Shown in pieces: positions 26,571-36,436 of a stretch of 64,000 bases of DNA (the stretch's first letter is position 1; the number at the start of each line of letters is the position of its first letter). Made by a program: the position numbers and the translations under genes. The DNA is from Patescibacteria group bacterium (GTDB taxonomy: Bacteria > Patescibacteriota > Patescibacteriia > UBA9934 > GWF2-40-263): contig SCUM01000001.1 in the NCBI GenBank assembly GCA_004297215.1, positions 545,181 through 609,180 of the forward strand, given 5' to 3'. The notes under the pieces are model-generated. The model was not told where the DNA came from. It did not search any database and was given only the letters and a program-made list of their open reading frames with translations.

Positions 26571-28187
26571 TCAGAGGTTCGACAGGTCCTGGCTGGTGTA
26601 CACGACCCCGCCGAGCGGATAGTCGATCATCTGGCTCTCCTTCACCGTCACGATCCCCTTGTTCCAATCGCGGCCAAACAGGGATTGCGCCGTGGCCTCG
26701 TCCGGGATCGAGTTGAGGCGCAGGTCGGAACCCACCACGAACACCTTGGGCTTCCCTTCGAACTTCACGCGGGTGCCCTTCACGAAGTGGCCGGACGCAT
26801 CCTTCAGGGCCGCGGGCTTCACGCCGGCTCCCGGGACGAACGCGGCGGAATAGATCCCGCTCTTCTTCCCGCGCCAGTACGCGCGGCCGTCCTGGTCCAC
26901 GACCGGCGAGGAGCCGAACCCGATATCGAACGTCACGCCCGTGGCCTGGTCGAGATAGGCGATCTGTTCAAGGCCATTGATGCCGACCGCCTTGCGCCCG
27001 TTCACGTCGAGCACGGCCACGGACAGGTCCTTGGGGGCGGTGGCGCCGTAGAGGCTCTCGATGACCTTGCCCGAGTGCTCGCTCGCGAAATACAGCTTGG
27101 AGCCCTCGAGATGGAACCGGCCATACGCGGCGACGCCGAGGTCCTTGGTCGCGCCGTAGAGGGTGCTCATGTGCACGCGGTCGTCCGCGTCGATCCACGC
27201 CATGCGCCACCCGTCGGACACGTAGGACGCGTTCACGTCGCGGAACCAGGTGATGGTCTCGCCGGTGCGGACCACTGCCGCGTCATCGATGCCGGGACGG
27301 TACGTATGGCGCGTAAAATTCTTGAAGAACTCCGCCGAGCCGTCGTAGCGGAAATGCGCGCCCACGATGTCAGCGTCCGGATCCGTCCAGGTCCCCTTGA
27401 TCGCCTTCATGCTCCCCTTGCGACCGTCGATCACGCGGCTGTCCATGATCCACAATTCCTCGTTGCCGGCCTCGAAGGTGAGCTTCACGAGCGCCCGGCC
27501 GTCGTAGACGTCCTGGATTTCCTCGCGGCGCAGGTCGTAGTGCTGCGTGATGGGATAGGCGACCCCTTCCTGCGCGTCGTACACGAACACGGCCTGCTGG
27601 CGGTACGCCTTGTTCGGGTTCGGATTGTCGTATTCGAACTCGAAGAAATACTGGTCCTCGATCGAGAAGTCGAAATCGAACGCGTCAGCCGCGACATCAG
27701 GATTCTCGGCGAGAGAGACGAGCGGGCTCGTCATCACGTCCACCGAACGCGCGTTCTTCACGAACACGCTGTCGATGACGGTCTTCTTCTGCCCGCTCTT
27801 CACGTCAATCTCGACCACCGCGTACCGGTCAGCCTCGTCATCGATGGGCACGGCGTACATCAGGCGGTTGCCGTTCTTGAAGAAACGGTCCGCGGAGAAC
27901 GCCTCCTTGGGAACGTGCGGAAACGCCTTGCCCGCCCCGTTCTTCACGAGGATCAGGGTATAGAGGCCGCCGGTCTCCGGCTCGGCCACGAATACGCTCT
28001 CCCCGAGGGTGAACGGACCGACCGCGTTCTCGGAAAAGGCGAGCTTTTCCACGCGGTACGCGCCGTAATTCCAGGCCGCATTGGCCTGCAGAGGCGCGAA
28101 ACCGCCGGCGTCCGCACGGACGCCCATCGCAAGCGGCATGGCCACGAGGGCCATGGCGAACGCCGCGGAAGTAAGGATTTTCTTCAT
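26571..28187 (-). CDS. Secreted hypothetical protein, beta-rich, with a C-terminal surface-type repeat domain
   Basis: Signal peptide MKKILTSAAFAMALVAMPLA; the C-terminal ...SLFGRDWNKGI... module resembles a repeat in 62077-62865. Confidence 0.8.
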   Translation of the reverse strand: MKKILTSAAFAMALVAMPLAMGVRADAGGFAPLQANAAWNYGAYRVEKLAFSENAVGPFTLGESVFVAEPETGGLYTLILVKNGAGKAFPHVPKEAFSADRFFKNGNRLMYAVPIDDEADRYAVVEIDVKSGQKKTVIDSVFVKNARSVDVMTSPLVSLAENPDVAADAFDFDFSIEDQYFFEFEYDNPNPNKAYRQQAVFVYDAQEGVAYPITQHYDLRREEIQDVYDGRALVKLTFEAGNEELWIMDSRVIDGRKGSMKAIKGTWTDPDADIVGAHFRYDGSAEFFKNFTRHTYRPGIDDAAVVRTGETITWFRDVNASYVSDGWRMAWIDADDRVHMSTLYGATKDLGVAAYGRFHLEGSKLYFASEHSGKVIESLYGATAPKDLSVAVLDVNGRKAVGINGLEQIAYLDQATGVTFDIGFGSSPVVDQDGRAYWRGKKSGIYSAAFVPGAGVKPAALKDASGHFVKGTRVKFEGKPKVFVVGSDLRLNSIPDEATAQSLFGRDWNKGIVTVKESQMIDYPLGGVVYTSQDLSNL

Positions 28188-28223
28188 AATATTGGGGGAA
28201 TTCCTTCCTTGGAATAACGCGGG

Positions 28224-28252
28224 ACTATAGCAAAAAAGGGGCCTCCCGTCAA
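28224..28252 (-). promoter_or_regulatory. Sigma70 promoter
   Basis: TTGACG-17 nt-TATAGT upstream of the gene starting at 28187. Confidence 0.75.
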
Positions 28253-28306
28253 CCCCGACGCTCCCTAAACGGGAGGTCGGGGCTCCGACCCCAAAGGGCG
28301 TCGGAG
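28253..28306. repeat. Double-hairpin REP-like repeat, copy 1
   Basis: ccccgacg-ctccctaaacgggag-gtcgggg ctccgaccccaaagggcgtcggag. Confidence 0.8.
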
Positions 28307-28334
28307 TGGGTGGCCCCTTCTTAACGTAATCGCC

Positions 28335-31235
28335 TCACTTGAGCAACGGCTTCAGGAACTCCCCGGTGACGCTCGCCTTCACCTTCACGATCTCCTTGGG
28401 CGTCCCTTCAGCCACCACCTTACCGCCCTTGTCGCCCCCGTCTGGCCCCATGTCTATCACCCAGTCGGCCCCCTTGATGACGTCGAGGTTGTGCTCGATG
28501 ATGACCACGGTGTTCCCCTTGTCCACGAGCTGATGGAGCACGCCGAGGAGCCGCTTGATGTCTTCGAAGTGCAGGCCGGTGGTCGGCTCGTCCAGGATGT
28601 AGACGGTCTTTCCCGTCGCGCGTCTCGACAGTTCCGTGGAGAGCTTCACGCGCTGGGCCTCGCCGCCGGAAAGCGTGGTGGCGCTTTGGCCGAGGCGCAG
28701 GTAGCCGAGGCCGACCTCGTGGAGCACGTCTAGCTTATCGAACACTGCCGGCTGGTCGGCGAAGAAGCGGCGCGCTTCCTCGACGGTCATGTTCAGGACG
28801 TCCGCGATGGACTTCCCCTTGTAGTGGATCTCGAGCACTTCCTGGTTGTACCGCGTGCCGCGGCACTCGGCGCATTCCACGTACACGTCGGGGAGGAACT
28901 GCATCTCGATGCGCCGCATCCCGTCGCCCCCGCACGCCTCGCACCGGCCGCCGCCCTTCACGTTGAAGCTGAACTTCCCGGCGTCGAAGCTTCGCATCTT
29001 CGCCTCCGGCACCTCGGTGAACAGGTCGCGCACGGAGGTGAACACGCCGGTATACGTGGCGGGATTCGACCTGGGCGTGCGGCCGATGGGCGATTGGTCG
29101 ACGGCCACCACCTTGTCGACGTGTTCCAACCCCTTGATGTCCTTGTGCGCGCCCGGATAGAGCTTGGCGCGATAGAAATGGCGGGAGAGCGCCTTCCCGA
29201 GGATGTCGAGGATGAGCGTGGACTTGCCGGAGCCCGACACGCCCGTGACGCACACGAGACGCCCGAGCGGGATCTTCACGTCGATGCCCTTGAGGTTGAA
29301 GGCGGAGGCCCCTTCGATCGTGAGCGCCTTGCCGCTCCCTTTGCGGTACGACTTGGGGAGCGGGATGTTCTTCTTGCCGCAGAGGTAGCTGCCCGTGAGC
29401 GACTCCTTGTCGCGCTCAAGCTGCGCGGGCGTGCCTTCGGCCACGATCTCCCCGCCGTATTCGCCGGCGCCGGGACCCACGTCGAACACGTAGTCGGCCG
29501 CGCGGATCATCGCCTCGTCGTGCTCGACCACGATCACCGAGTTCCCCACGTCCCGCAGGCGCTTGATGGTGCCGATGAGCTGGTCATTGTCGCGCGGATG
29601 CAGCCCGATCGAAGGCTCGTCGAGGATGTAGATGACGCCGGAGAGCGAGCTCCCGAGCTGGCTCGCAAGCCGCACGCGCTGCGCCTCCCCGCCGGAGAGC
29701 GTCATGGCAGAGCGATCGAGCGTGAGATACCCGAGGCCGACGTCGACGAGATGGGAAAGACGCGCCACCACTTCCTTCGCGACGCGTTCAGCGACCATCT
29801 TCTCTTCTTTCGTGAGGTCTGAGGCGTTGAAGGCCTTAGGCGATAAGGCCGCAGGAACGTTCGTCCGCCTGAGGCCTTGTCCGCCTGAGGCCTTGTCCGC
29901 CTTTCCCATCAACCCCTCAAAAAACACCGCGCACTCCTCGATGCTCTTGTTCACCACGTCGGCGATGGACAGGCCGTTGATCGTGATGGCGAGCACCTCC
30001 CGCTTGAGGCGCTTCCCGTCGCATACCGGACACACCATGGTGCGCATGTATCCCTCGAGCTCGTGGCGCACGTAATCGGAATCCGTCTCGCGGTACTTGG
30101 CCTCGAGCTGGGCAAGGATGCCGGGAAAGGTGACCTCCGCTCCGTCGAGTGCGTACGTGTCGTCACCGGTGCCGTAATACACCAGGTTCATCTTCTCCTT
30201 CCCGATCTTTTCGACCGGGACGTTCGTGGAGAACTTATGGCGCTTGCCCACGGCCTCGAGCAGGCGCAGGTAGCTCGTCTGGTTCCCGGCGATGCGCGTC
30301 CACGGCCGCACCGCGCCTTCGGCAAACGACAGGCGCGGATTGGGAATCACGAGCTCGGGCTCAAGCACGAGCTTCACCCCAAGGCCGGTGCAGCCGATGC
30401 AGGCGCCGTATGGGCTGTTGAAGGAAAAGAGACGGGGCTCCGGCTTGGGCAAATTCACGCCGCACTGGAGGCAGGAATAGCTTTGCGAGAAAAGCGTCTC
30501 GTCGCCCGTGTCGTCGCGCACCACGAGCAGCAGCCCGTTGCCGTACTCGAGCGCCTTCTTCACGAGGTCCACGATCTGCGCAGGCGGATATTCGATGCCG
30601 GCACCGAGCTCGGCCACCATCACCTCGATCGTGTGCGCCTTCTTCTTGTCCTTGCGCATGGCGATCGCCTCGTCGAGGTCCATCAGGAACCCGTCGAAGC
30701 GCACGCGGGAGAAATGCGCCGAAGCCGCGGCCACGAGCACGGCCTTGTGCTCGCCACGCACCTCGCGCACGACCGGCGCGAACAGCTGGATGGTCCCTTC
30801 CTTGGCGAGCGAGGTCACCTTCCCGACGATGGAGGTGAGGTCCTGCTCCGAAACCGGCTGTCCGCACGTGGGACAGTGCGGCCGGCCCGCGCGCGCGAAC
30901 AGGAGACGGAGGAAATCGTAGATTTCTGTGACGGTCCCGACCGTGGAACGCGGGTTGTGCGAGGAAGATTTCTGGTCGATGGCGATCGTCGGCGAAAGGC
31001 CGGTGATCTCGTCCACGTCCGGCTTGTCCTGAAGCTCCAGGAACTGCCGCGCATAGCTCGAAAGCGACTCCATGTACCGGCGCTGCCCTTCGGCGTAGAT
31101 GGTGTCGAAGGCGAGCGAGGACTTCCCCGAACCGGACAGGCCGGTGACGACCACCAGCTTGTTCTTTGGGATGTCGACCGAAACGTTTTTCAAATTGTGC
31201 ACGCGCGCGCCACGGACGGAGATGACCTCTTTCAT
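28335..31235 (-). CDS. uvrA: Excinuclease ABC subunit A
   Basis: [36 protein letters not shown], two ABC ATPase cassettes, zinc fingers. Confidence 0.98.
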   Translation of the reverse strand: MKEVISVRGARVHNLKNVSVDIPKNKLVVVTGLSGSGKSSLAFDTIYAEGQRRYMESLSSYARQFLELQDKPDVDEITGLSPTIAIDQKSSSHNPRSTVGTVTEIYDFLRLLFARAGRPHCPTCGQPVSEQDLTSIVGKVTSLAKEGTIQLFAPVVREVRGEHKAVLVAAASAHFSRVRFDGFLMDLDEAIAMRKDKKKAHTIEVMVAELGAGIEYPPAQIVDLVKKALEYGNGLLLVVRDDTGDETLFSQSYSCLQCGVNLPKPEPRLFSFNSPYGACIGCTGLGVKLVLEPELVIPNPRLSFAEGAVRPWTRIAGNQTSYLRLLEAVGKRHKFSTNVPVEKIGKEKMNLVYYGTGDDTYALDGAEVTFPGILAQLEAKYRETDSDYVRHELEGYMRTMVCPVCDGKRLKREVLAITINGLSIADVVNKSIEECAVFFEGLMGKADKASGGQGLRRTNVPAALSPKAFNASDLTKEEKMVAERVAKEVVARLSHLVDVGLGYLTLDRSAMTLSGGEAQRVRLASQLGSSLSGVIYILDEPSIGLHPRDNDQLIGTIKRLRDVGNSVIVVEHDEAMIRAADYVFDVGPGAGEYGGEIVAEGTPAQLERDKESLTGSYLCGKKNIPLPKSYRKGSGKALTIEGASAFNLKGIDVKIPLGRLVCVTGVSGSGKSTLILDILGKALSRHFYRAKLYPGAHKDIKGLEHVDKVVAVDQSPIGRTPRSNPATYTGVFTSVRDLFTEVPEAKMRSFDAGKFSFNVKGGGRCEACGGDGMRRIEMQFLPDVYVECAECRGTRYNQEVLEIHYKGKSIADVLNMTVEEARRFFADQPAVFDKLDVLHEVGLGYLRLGQSATTLSGGEAQRVKLSTELSRRATGKTVYILDEPTTGLHFEDIKRLLGVLHQLVDKGNTVVIIEHNLDVIKGADWVIDMGPDGGDKGGKVVAEGTPKEIVKVKASVTGEFLKPLLK
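29817..29902. repeat. Palindromic AGGC/GCCT periodic repeat inserted in frame in uvrA
   Basis: 29872-29894 is the exact reverse complement of 41307-41329; encodes part of [28 protein letters not shown]. Confidence 0.8.
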
Positions 31236-31251
31236 AACGGGAGGGGAGAAA

Positions 31252-31387
31252 AAAACTTGAAACCTGAAATCTTGAAGGACCAAAGGGTGACAGAAAGATT
31301 GAAGGACGAAGTTCGAAATCCCGTTCCTTTATCCTTTCGAACTTTCCATGAACCTTTGGTCCTTCAAGATTTGGTTCTTCAAGTTTT
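31252..31387. repeat. About 135-nt AT-rich imperfect palindrome, copy 2
   Basis: aaaacttgaaacctgaaatcttgaaggaccaaagg...cctttggtccttcaagatttggttcttcaagtttt. Confidence 0.85.
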
Positions 31388-31512
31388 TACACACGAGTGC
31401 GCGCATGCTATCAGGGTTTTTCCGGCGGGGCAAGGGGACGGGGTGGCGAAACGAAAATGGCCCGACGCGTCGTCGGAGCCATTCGTGTGACCGTCCCCTG
31501 TCACGCAACCGA

Positions 31513-33033
31513 TCAAGGAATGGCACCGAACCCTTCGGCACGCCTCTCTTCAAACTCCATTTCTTCCTCAATCTCCTCCGCCGACCAGCATTCGTCATTG
31601 ACTCCGGTGCGTTCGACGAACTGACATGGTTGGATTTTTTTCTTCTTCGCGATGTCGCAGGGGTCAAGAGTACACAGCTTCTCGCCCGTCATATCGCCGG
31701 CTTCGTCAATCGTGCCCATGAGCGCTCCCGACACGAGCCATTCGTTTTTCGCTTTCTGTCCCATGTAATCATTGCACGCCTTGATGTCTGCACATCGGAT
31801 CGATAATTCCGCGCAGGTTCCCGCAGCGATAAGGGCGGAACTGACCGCCACGCCAGCACCGACAGCCGCCCCCGTGACAGTGCCAACTCCTGGTACAACC
31901 GTACCGGCTGCAGCGCCTACCGCGACATCGGCTACGACAGCTCCGGCACCGAGCATGGCACTGCTATCGGTCGTAAAGAAGCAGTAGTTCAGCTCCGTGG
32001 GCGTCTGATCTTTCGCGAGTTCTTTCGGCACGTCGTCCTTCTTAAGCTGGCGACAGCTGCCGGCATCAGGCTTAAGGCCGATGGAATTATTTGGCACGGC
32101 GGCCTGACAGCTTACGCAAACCGCCTTGTCCCCGATGCCGGCGCACCGCGCCCCTTCCCCGGCGCTTGGCGGACACTCCATGACCTGGCAGATGGAACCT
32201 GCGGCCACATCGGTTCCCTTTTCGTCCTTCAGGACCGGCTTCGTGGCCCCGCAGAAGTTCAACCCAAGCTTGCCGGCAACGGCATCCCCGGTCTTGAAAC
32301 CCTTATCCTCGAGCGTCTTGCAATCCTTGCTCCCGTCAAGCAGCGTCACCCGCTTCACCATGGGCGTGGCGGGGAGCTCTAGGCGCACTAGCTGCGGACT
32401 CACCGTGTTCAGGATCACGTACGCTCCCATGAGGAGCACGAGGCCGATGAGCGCCTTCTTGATGCGCTCCTTTCCCTTCATCACCTGCTCGCTCATCCCG
32501 GCCCCGATCACGTACTGCAGGCCGCCCACCATGATCATCACGATCGCGATGGTGGTGCCGATGCCCAGCAGGAGGTTGTAGCCTCGTTGGACGTAGTCGC
32601 CCAGGTCGCTCACCTTGCTCACTTCGCCGAGCTTGAAGGACAGGTCGATGTCCGCGTATGTGATGGGGGTGCAGTAGCCCTGTCCGCCAAAGGAAGCGAC
32701 GCAGTCCGGCGCCTGCCCGAGCCACCGTCCCGCCTGGCGGCCCTTCCCGTCCGCCTGGGATTCGCATTCCTTCTGCGTGAAACACAGCGTGTTGTTCTCC
32801 GGCGTGTCGGTGGGCGTCTTGCCGCACATGATCTGCTTCTCCCCGCCTTTCTTGCAGCTGTCAGAACATGCTTCGGGTTGTTGCGGCCCGGTCGTGACGG
32901 CCCCGTTCGGGGAGGTGCAGTAGCACGTGCATGTGGTGGAGGCTGGCGCTGGCGCGGTCTGCGCGAAAACGACCCGCGGCATCGGGGCGAGGAAAGATAT
33001 GGCAAGAAGGAATGCAGCCGCGAGACGAGACAT
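31513..33033 (-). CDS. Cysteine-rich pilin-like (TrbC/VirB2-like CPR-type) membrane protein
   Basis: Signal peptide, Cys-rich domains, DLGDYV...IAIVMIMVGGLQY...GKERIKKALIGLVLLMGAYVILNTVSPQL pilin core. Confidence 0.8.
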   Translation of the reverse strand: MSRLAAAFLLAISFLAPMPRVVFAQTAPAPASTTCTCYCTSPNGAVTTGPQQPEACSDSCKKGGEKQIMCGKTPTDTPENNTLCFTQKECESQADGKGRQAGRWLGQAPDCVASFGGQGYCTPITYADIDLSFKLGEVSKVSDLGDYVQRGYNLLLGIGTTIAIVMIMVGGLQYVIGAGMSEQVMKGKERIKKALIGLVLLMGAYVILNTVSPQLVRLELPATPMVKRVTLLDGSKDCKTLEDKGFKTGDAVAGKLGLNFCGATKPVLKDEKGTDVAAGSICQVMECPPSAGEGARCAGIGDKAVCVSCQAAVPNNSIGLKPDAGSCRQLKKDDVPKELAKDQTPTELNYCFFTTDSSAMLGAGAVVADVAVGAAAGTVVPGVGTVTGAAVGAGVAVSSALIAAGTCAELSIRCADIKACNDYMGQKAKNEWLVSGALMGTIDEAGDMTGEKLCTLDPCDIAKKKKIQPCQFVERTGVNDECWSAEEIEEEMEFEERRAEGFGAIP

Positions 33034-33034
33034 A

Positions 33035-33769
33035 TCACTGCGCAAGGGCGCGTTCGATGAGGCCGTCGAGGATGTCCTCGGGGATGGCGCCGGGGATCAT
33101 CGTCCCATTGATGAAGAAGGTGGGCGTGCCTTCGACGCCGGCTTCCAGGCCGGCCTGGTAATCTTCGAGCACGGCGGTGCGCACGGAGGGGTCCGCCACG
33201 CAGGCGTCGAACGCGACGAGGTCGAGGTTGGCCTCGCGCGCGAGCGCCTTGAGGCGGGCCGCGCCGAGATCGGACTGGGAAAGATAGAGCTTGTCATGAT
33301 ACTCCCAGAACTTTCCCTGCGTGCCCGCGCACGAAGCGGCGATGGAAGCGCCGAGCGCGTCGGGATGCAGCTCGCCGAGCGGGAAATCGCGGTAGGCGTA
33401 TCGGATGCGGTCGCCGTACTTGGCCGCGAGGGATCGCATCGTGAAGCTCGACGCGCGCGAGAACGGGCAGGCGAAATCCGCGAACTCGACGATCGTCACC
33501 TTCGCGTCCGGCGCGCCGAGGGCGGGCGCGGAGGCGCGGTCCGTCGCCTCGGAGGTCGTGCCGGACGAGAGCGCGGAAGCGACCGCGCTCGGCGTGTAGT
33601 TCGACAGGAAGGCGAGATCGGAACGCGTGATGGACCCGGCCTGGATGAGCCGCGCGTAGTGTCCCACGCGGTACGCGAACGACCCCGCGGCGGCGAGCGC
33701 AACGAGCACGCCGGCCGTGACGATAAGCGTTCGACGACGCGTCGACGATGTCGGGATGGGAGAATCCAT
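33035..33769 (-). CDS. DsbA family thioredoxin-fold protein (CPFS variant)
   Basis: N-terminal TM, GAPDAKVTIVEFADFACPFS, YRDFPL, QGKFWEYHD, GVEGTPTFFING. Confidence 0.9.
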   Translation of the reverse strand: MDSPIPTSSTRRRTLIVTAGVLVALAAAGSFAYRVGHYARLIQAGSITRSDLAFLSNYTPSAVASALSSGTTSEATDRASAPALGAPDAKVTIVEFADFACPFSRASSFTMRSLAAKYGDRIRYAYRDFPLGELHPDALGASIAASCAGTQGKFWEYHDKLYLSQSDLGAARLKALAREANLDLVAFDACVADPSVRTAVLEDYQAGLEAGVEGTPTFFINGTMIPGAIPEDILDGLIERALAQ

Positions 33770-33784
33770 TGGGAAAGTATAGCA

Positions 33785-33852
33785 TGTAGGATGTAGACTG
33801 TAGGATGAAGGATGGGACAAATTATCCTACATCCTACATTCTTCATCCTACA
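33785..33852. repeat. Gene-less (empty) copy of the heptamer arms that flank the four-helix-bundle gene
   Basis: tgtagga tgtagac tgtagga tgaagga tggga - caaatta - tcctaca tcctaca ttcttca tcctaca. Confidence 0.88.
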
Positions 33853-33862
33853 TATCGCCCCT

Positions 33863-34045
33863 ATGGAGGAAGCCGCACACAAAGGCCTGGAGCGTTCGAA
33901 GCGTCGCGAAAAGAAAGGTCGCCCCAAGATGAAGGTGTCGGGACGCGGCATGAAGCGCTTCGCGGGCGCCAAGAAGACCGTCCCGCCCCGACGCCCTTTG
34001 GGGTCGGGGTCCCGACCATCGCCGGGAGCGATGCGTCGGGATTGA
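33863..34045 (+). CDS. Possible small basic protein
   Basis: MEEAAHKGLERSKRREKKGRPKMKVSGRGMKRF...; CCTATG start context as in other genes; 3' end runs through a repeat. Confidence 0.4.
   Translation: MEEAAHKGLERSKRREKKGRPKMKVSGRGMKRFAGAKKTVPPRRPLGSGSRPSPGAMRRD
33986..34041. repeat. Double-hairpin REP-like repeat, copy 2 (inverted)
   Basis: ccccgacgccctttggggtcgggg tcccgac-catcgccgggagcgatg-cgtcggga. Confidence 0.8.
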
Positions 34046-34070
34046 CGATTCGGGGCGAAAATGGTATGAT
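34042..34070 (+). promoter_or_regulatory. Sigma70 promoter of secG
   Basis: TTGACG-17 nt-TATGAT, 12 nt before the ATG. Confidence 0.8.
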
Positions 34071-34082
34071 TTCGCCGTCTTT

Positions 34083-34304
34083 ATGAACACCAACGCCATC
34101 CTCAACGCCGCGGAACTCGCGCTTGCCGTGCTGCTTGCGGCCTCCATCCTGCTGCAGTCGCGCGGCTCGGGACTTTCGTCCGCCTTCGGCGGCGAAGGGA
34201 ACGTGTACCGCACCAAGCGCGGCATCGAGAAGCGCCTGTTCCAGGGCAGCGTCGTCCTGTCGATCCTGTTCCTCGGCGTCGCCCTGGCCAATGCCCTGGT
34301 GTAA
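34083..34304 (+). CDS. secG: Preprotein translocase subunit SecG
   Basis: ILLQSRGSGLSSAFGG...YRTKRGIEKRLF, two TM helices. Confidence 0.92.
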   Translation: MNTNAILNAAELALAVLLAASILLQSRGSGLSSAFGGEGNVYRTKRGIEKRLFQGSVVLSILFLGVALANALV

Positions 34305-34310
34305 CGCCCT

Positions 34311-36128
34311 GTGTTCCGCCGCCCCCCACCCCAGGGACCCAAGGACCTGGCCATGCGCCAGGTGCTTTCCGTGAAACGCCGCCGCGGACTGCCCACGCTC
34401 AAGCAGTGGGGCGCCCTTCCGCGCCTGCTCACGCGCCGCGAACGGCTCTTGGCCCTGTCCTGCCTCCTCCTCTTCGTCCTTTCCGCCTCGGCGCTTGGCA
34501 CATGGTATGTGGCCACCCACCGCCTGGAAATCCCGGCGGAAGGAGGCGAGTACGTGGAGGCCCTCGTGGGCGAGCCGCAGTTCGTGAACCCGCTGTACTC
34601 CACGGCCTCCGACGTGGACGCCGACCTGGCGCGCCTGGTCTATTCCGGGCTCTTGCGGTTCGATCCCAAGGAAGGCCTCGTGAACGACCTGGCTGAGAAG
34701 ATGGAGATCTCCGAGGACGGGAAGACCTATTCGGTGACCGTGCGCGACGACGCGACGTTCCACGACGGGTCTTCCGTGCGGGCGAAGGACGTGCTGTTCA
34801 CCATCACCGCGATCCAGGACCCGGCCTATCGCAGCCCGCTCGAGGTGTCCTTCCGCGGGGTCGCCGTAAGCCAGGTGGATGACCGCACGGTGGCCTTCTC
34901 GCTTGAGAAGCCGTTCGCGCCGTTCCTCTCCACGCTCACGGTCGGCATCCTCCCAGAGGGGCTCTGGGGCGGCATCCCGCCGCGCAATGCCCCGCTCGCC
35001 ACCCGCAACCTGGAACCGATCGGGAGCGGCCCGTACAAGTTCGCCTCGTTCTCCAAGGACAAGAACGGGCGCATCCTCTCCTACACCCTCGCGCGCTATG
35101 CCGCGTATTACGCCACCCCGGCTCTCATCGACACGCTCACCTTCAAGTTCTACGCCGACGGGAACGATGCGCAGGGCGCGCTTGAGAACCGCAACGTCGA
35201 AGGGATGGCATTCGTGTCGAGCGACCAGGAAGAGGCGGTGGCGAAGAATCGGAACGTCACGCTGCTGCGCCCCTCCCTCCCGCGCGTCACCACGCTCTCC
35301 TTCAACCAGGAAAAGGCGGCGGCCTTGAAGAAGCCGGAGGTGCGCAAGGCCATCGCGCTCGCGCTGAACAAGCAGGCGATCCTCGAGGATGCCCTCAGCG
35401 GCCGCGGCGCCGTGGTCGACTCCCCGATCCTCCCGGACATGGTCGGCTACGCCCCGGACGTGGCCTGGCCCACGTTCGACCCCGCCGCCTCGATGGCCCT
35501 CCTTGAGAAGGCGGGGTTTCCGAAGGTCGACGGGTCGGACGTGCGCACGCTTCCGAAAGACCTGTATGAAGCCAGGAAGAAAGCGGCAGGCGAAGCGGGG
35601 GGCTCGACAACGAACGAGTTTTCCCTTACCCTGAAGACCGTCCAGCATCCGGAGCTCATCCGCACGGCGGAACGCATCGCGACGCAGCTCGCCGATATCG
35701 GGATCAAGGTGGAGGTTGCGGCCGTGCCGGCCGACGAACTGCTCGCGGACGTCATCGAACCGCGCGATTACGAGATGCTGCTCACCGGCACCCTGCTCGG
35801 CCTCGATCCGGATCCCTTCCCGTTCTGGCATTCGTCGCAGGCGTCCGGCAAGGGACTCAACCTCGCCAACTACGGCAACCGCAAGGCCGACACCCTCCTC
35901 GAGGAGGCGCGCCAGAGCACGGACGAAGCGACGCGCGCGGCCAAATACGAGGAATTCCAATCCCTGCTCGCGGAGGACCTGCCGGCGGTGTTCCTCTACC
36001 AGTCCGCCTACGCCTATGCGGTCTCGTCAAAGATCCGCAACGTGGACATCCCCCGCGTCATCACCCCTTCGGACCGATTCGCCAACGTTACGAGCTGGTA
36101 CATCAAAACCAAGAACGTGCTGCGCTAG
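34311..36128 (+). CDS. ABC transporter substrate-binding protein, family 5 (peptide-type)
   Basis: GGEYVEALVGEPQFVNPL, LVYSGL, DLAE, FHDG...DVLFT, PIGSGPYK, DPFPFWHSSQ; start 34311 (GTG) or 34353. Confidence 0.9.
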   Translation: MFRRPPPQGPKDLAMRQVLSVKRRRGLPTLKQWGALPRLLTRRERLLALSCLLLFVLSASALGTWYVATHRLEIPAEGGEYVEALVGEPQFVNPLYSTASDVDADLARLVYSGLLRFDPKEGLVNDLAEKMEISEDGKTYSVTVRDDATFHDGSSVRAKDVLFTITAIQDPAYRSPLEVSFRGVAVSQVDDRTVAFSLEKPFAPFLSTLTVGILPEGLWGGIPPRNAPLATRNLEPIGSGPYKFASFSKDKNGRILSYTLARYAAYYATPALIDTLTFKFYADGNDAQGALENRNVEGMAFVSSDQEEAVAKNRNVTLLRPSLPRVTTLSFNQEKAAALKKPEVRKAIALALNKQAILEDALSGRGAVVDSPILPDMVGYAPDVAWPTFDPAASMALLEKAGFPKVDGSDVRTLPKDLYEARKKAAGEAGGSTTNEFSLTLKTVQHPELIRTAERIATQLADIGIKVEVAAVPADELLADVIEPRDYEMLLTGTLLGLDPDPFPFWHSSQASGKGLNLANYGNRKADTLLEEARQSTDEATRAAKYEEFQSLLAEDLPAVFLYQSAYAYAVSSKIRNVDIPRVITPSDRFANVTSWYIKTKNVLR

Positions 36129-36140
36129 CCGCAGCCCCGT

Positions 36141-36227
36141 GCCCAGATGGCGGAATTGGTATACGCGCAGGTCTCAGAAGCCTGTGCCCTCACGGGCTTG
36201 AGAGTTCGAGTCTCTCTCTGGGCACCA
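36141..36227 (+). tRNA. tRNA-Leu(CAG)
   Basis: GCCCAGATGGCGGAATTGGTATACGC, loop CTCAGAA, long variable arm, GTTCGAGTC, ACCA. Confidence 0.95.
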
Positions 36228-36359
36228 TCCCCCTTCGCCCAATCTGACGATTGGGCTTCGGGGGATTCCCACATGCATTTTCCTGAGACGTATCGCGGGA
36301 TACGTCTCGTCGAAAGCGCACGTGAAACCGTTCGTTCTTACATGGAAATCTTTATTCAG

Positions 36360-36422
36360 TGCGTAGGGAGTAGGTGGTAGTGCGTAGGAATATCCTACGC
36401 ACTACGCACTACCCACTACCAC
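36360..36422. repeat. Inverted heptamer array (NNNGTAG x4 / CTACNNN x4)
   Basis: tgcgtag ggagtag gtggtag tgcgtag - gaatatc - ctacgca ctacgca ctaccca ctaccac. Confidence 0.88.
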
Positions 36423-36436
36423 CTTAGTTATTTCTT

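Noticed and set aside
36273-36380. Short ORF MHFPETYRG... after tRNA-Leu as a gene or integrated-element remnant
   Set aside because: Only 35 aa, no motif, ends inside the heptamer repeat, and no duplicated tRNA 3' end (att site) or integrase was seen
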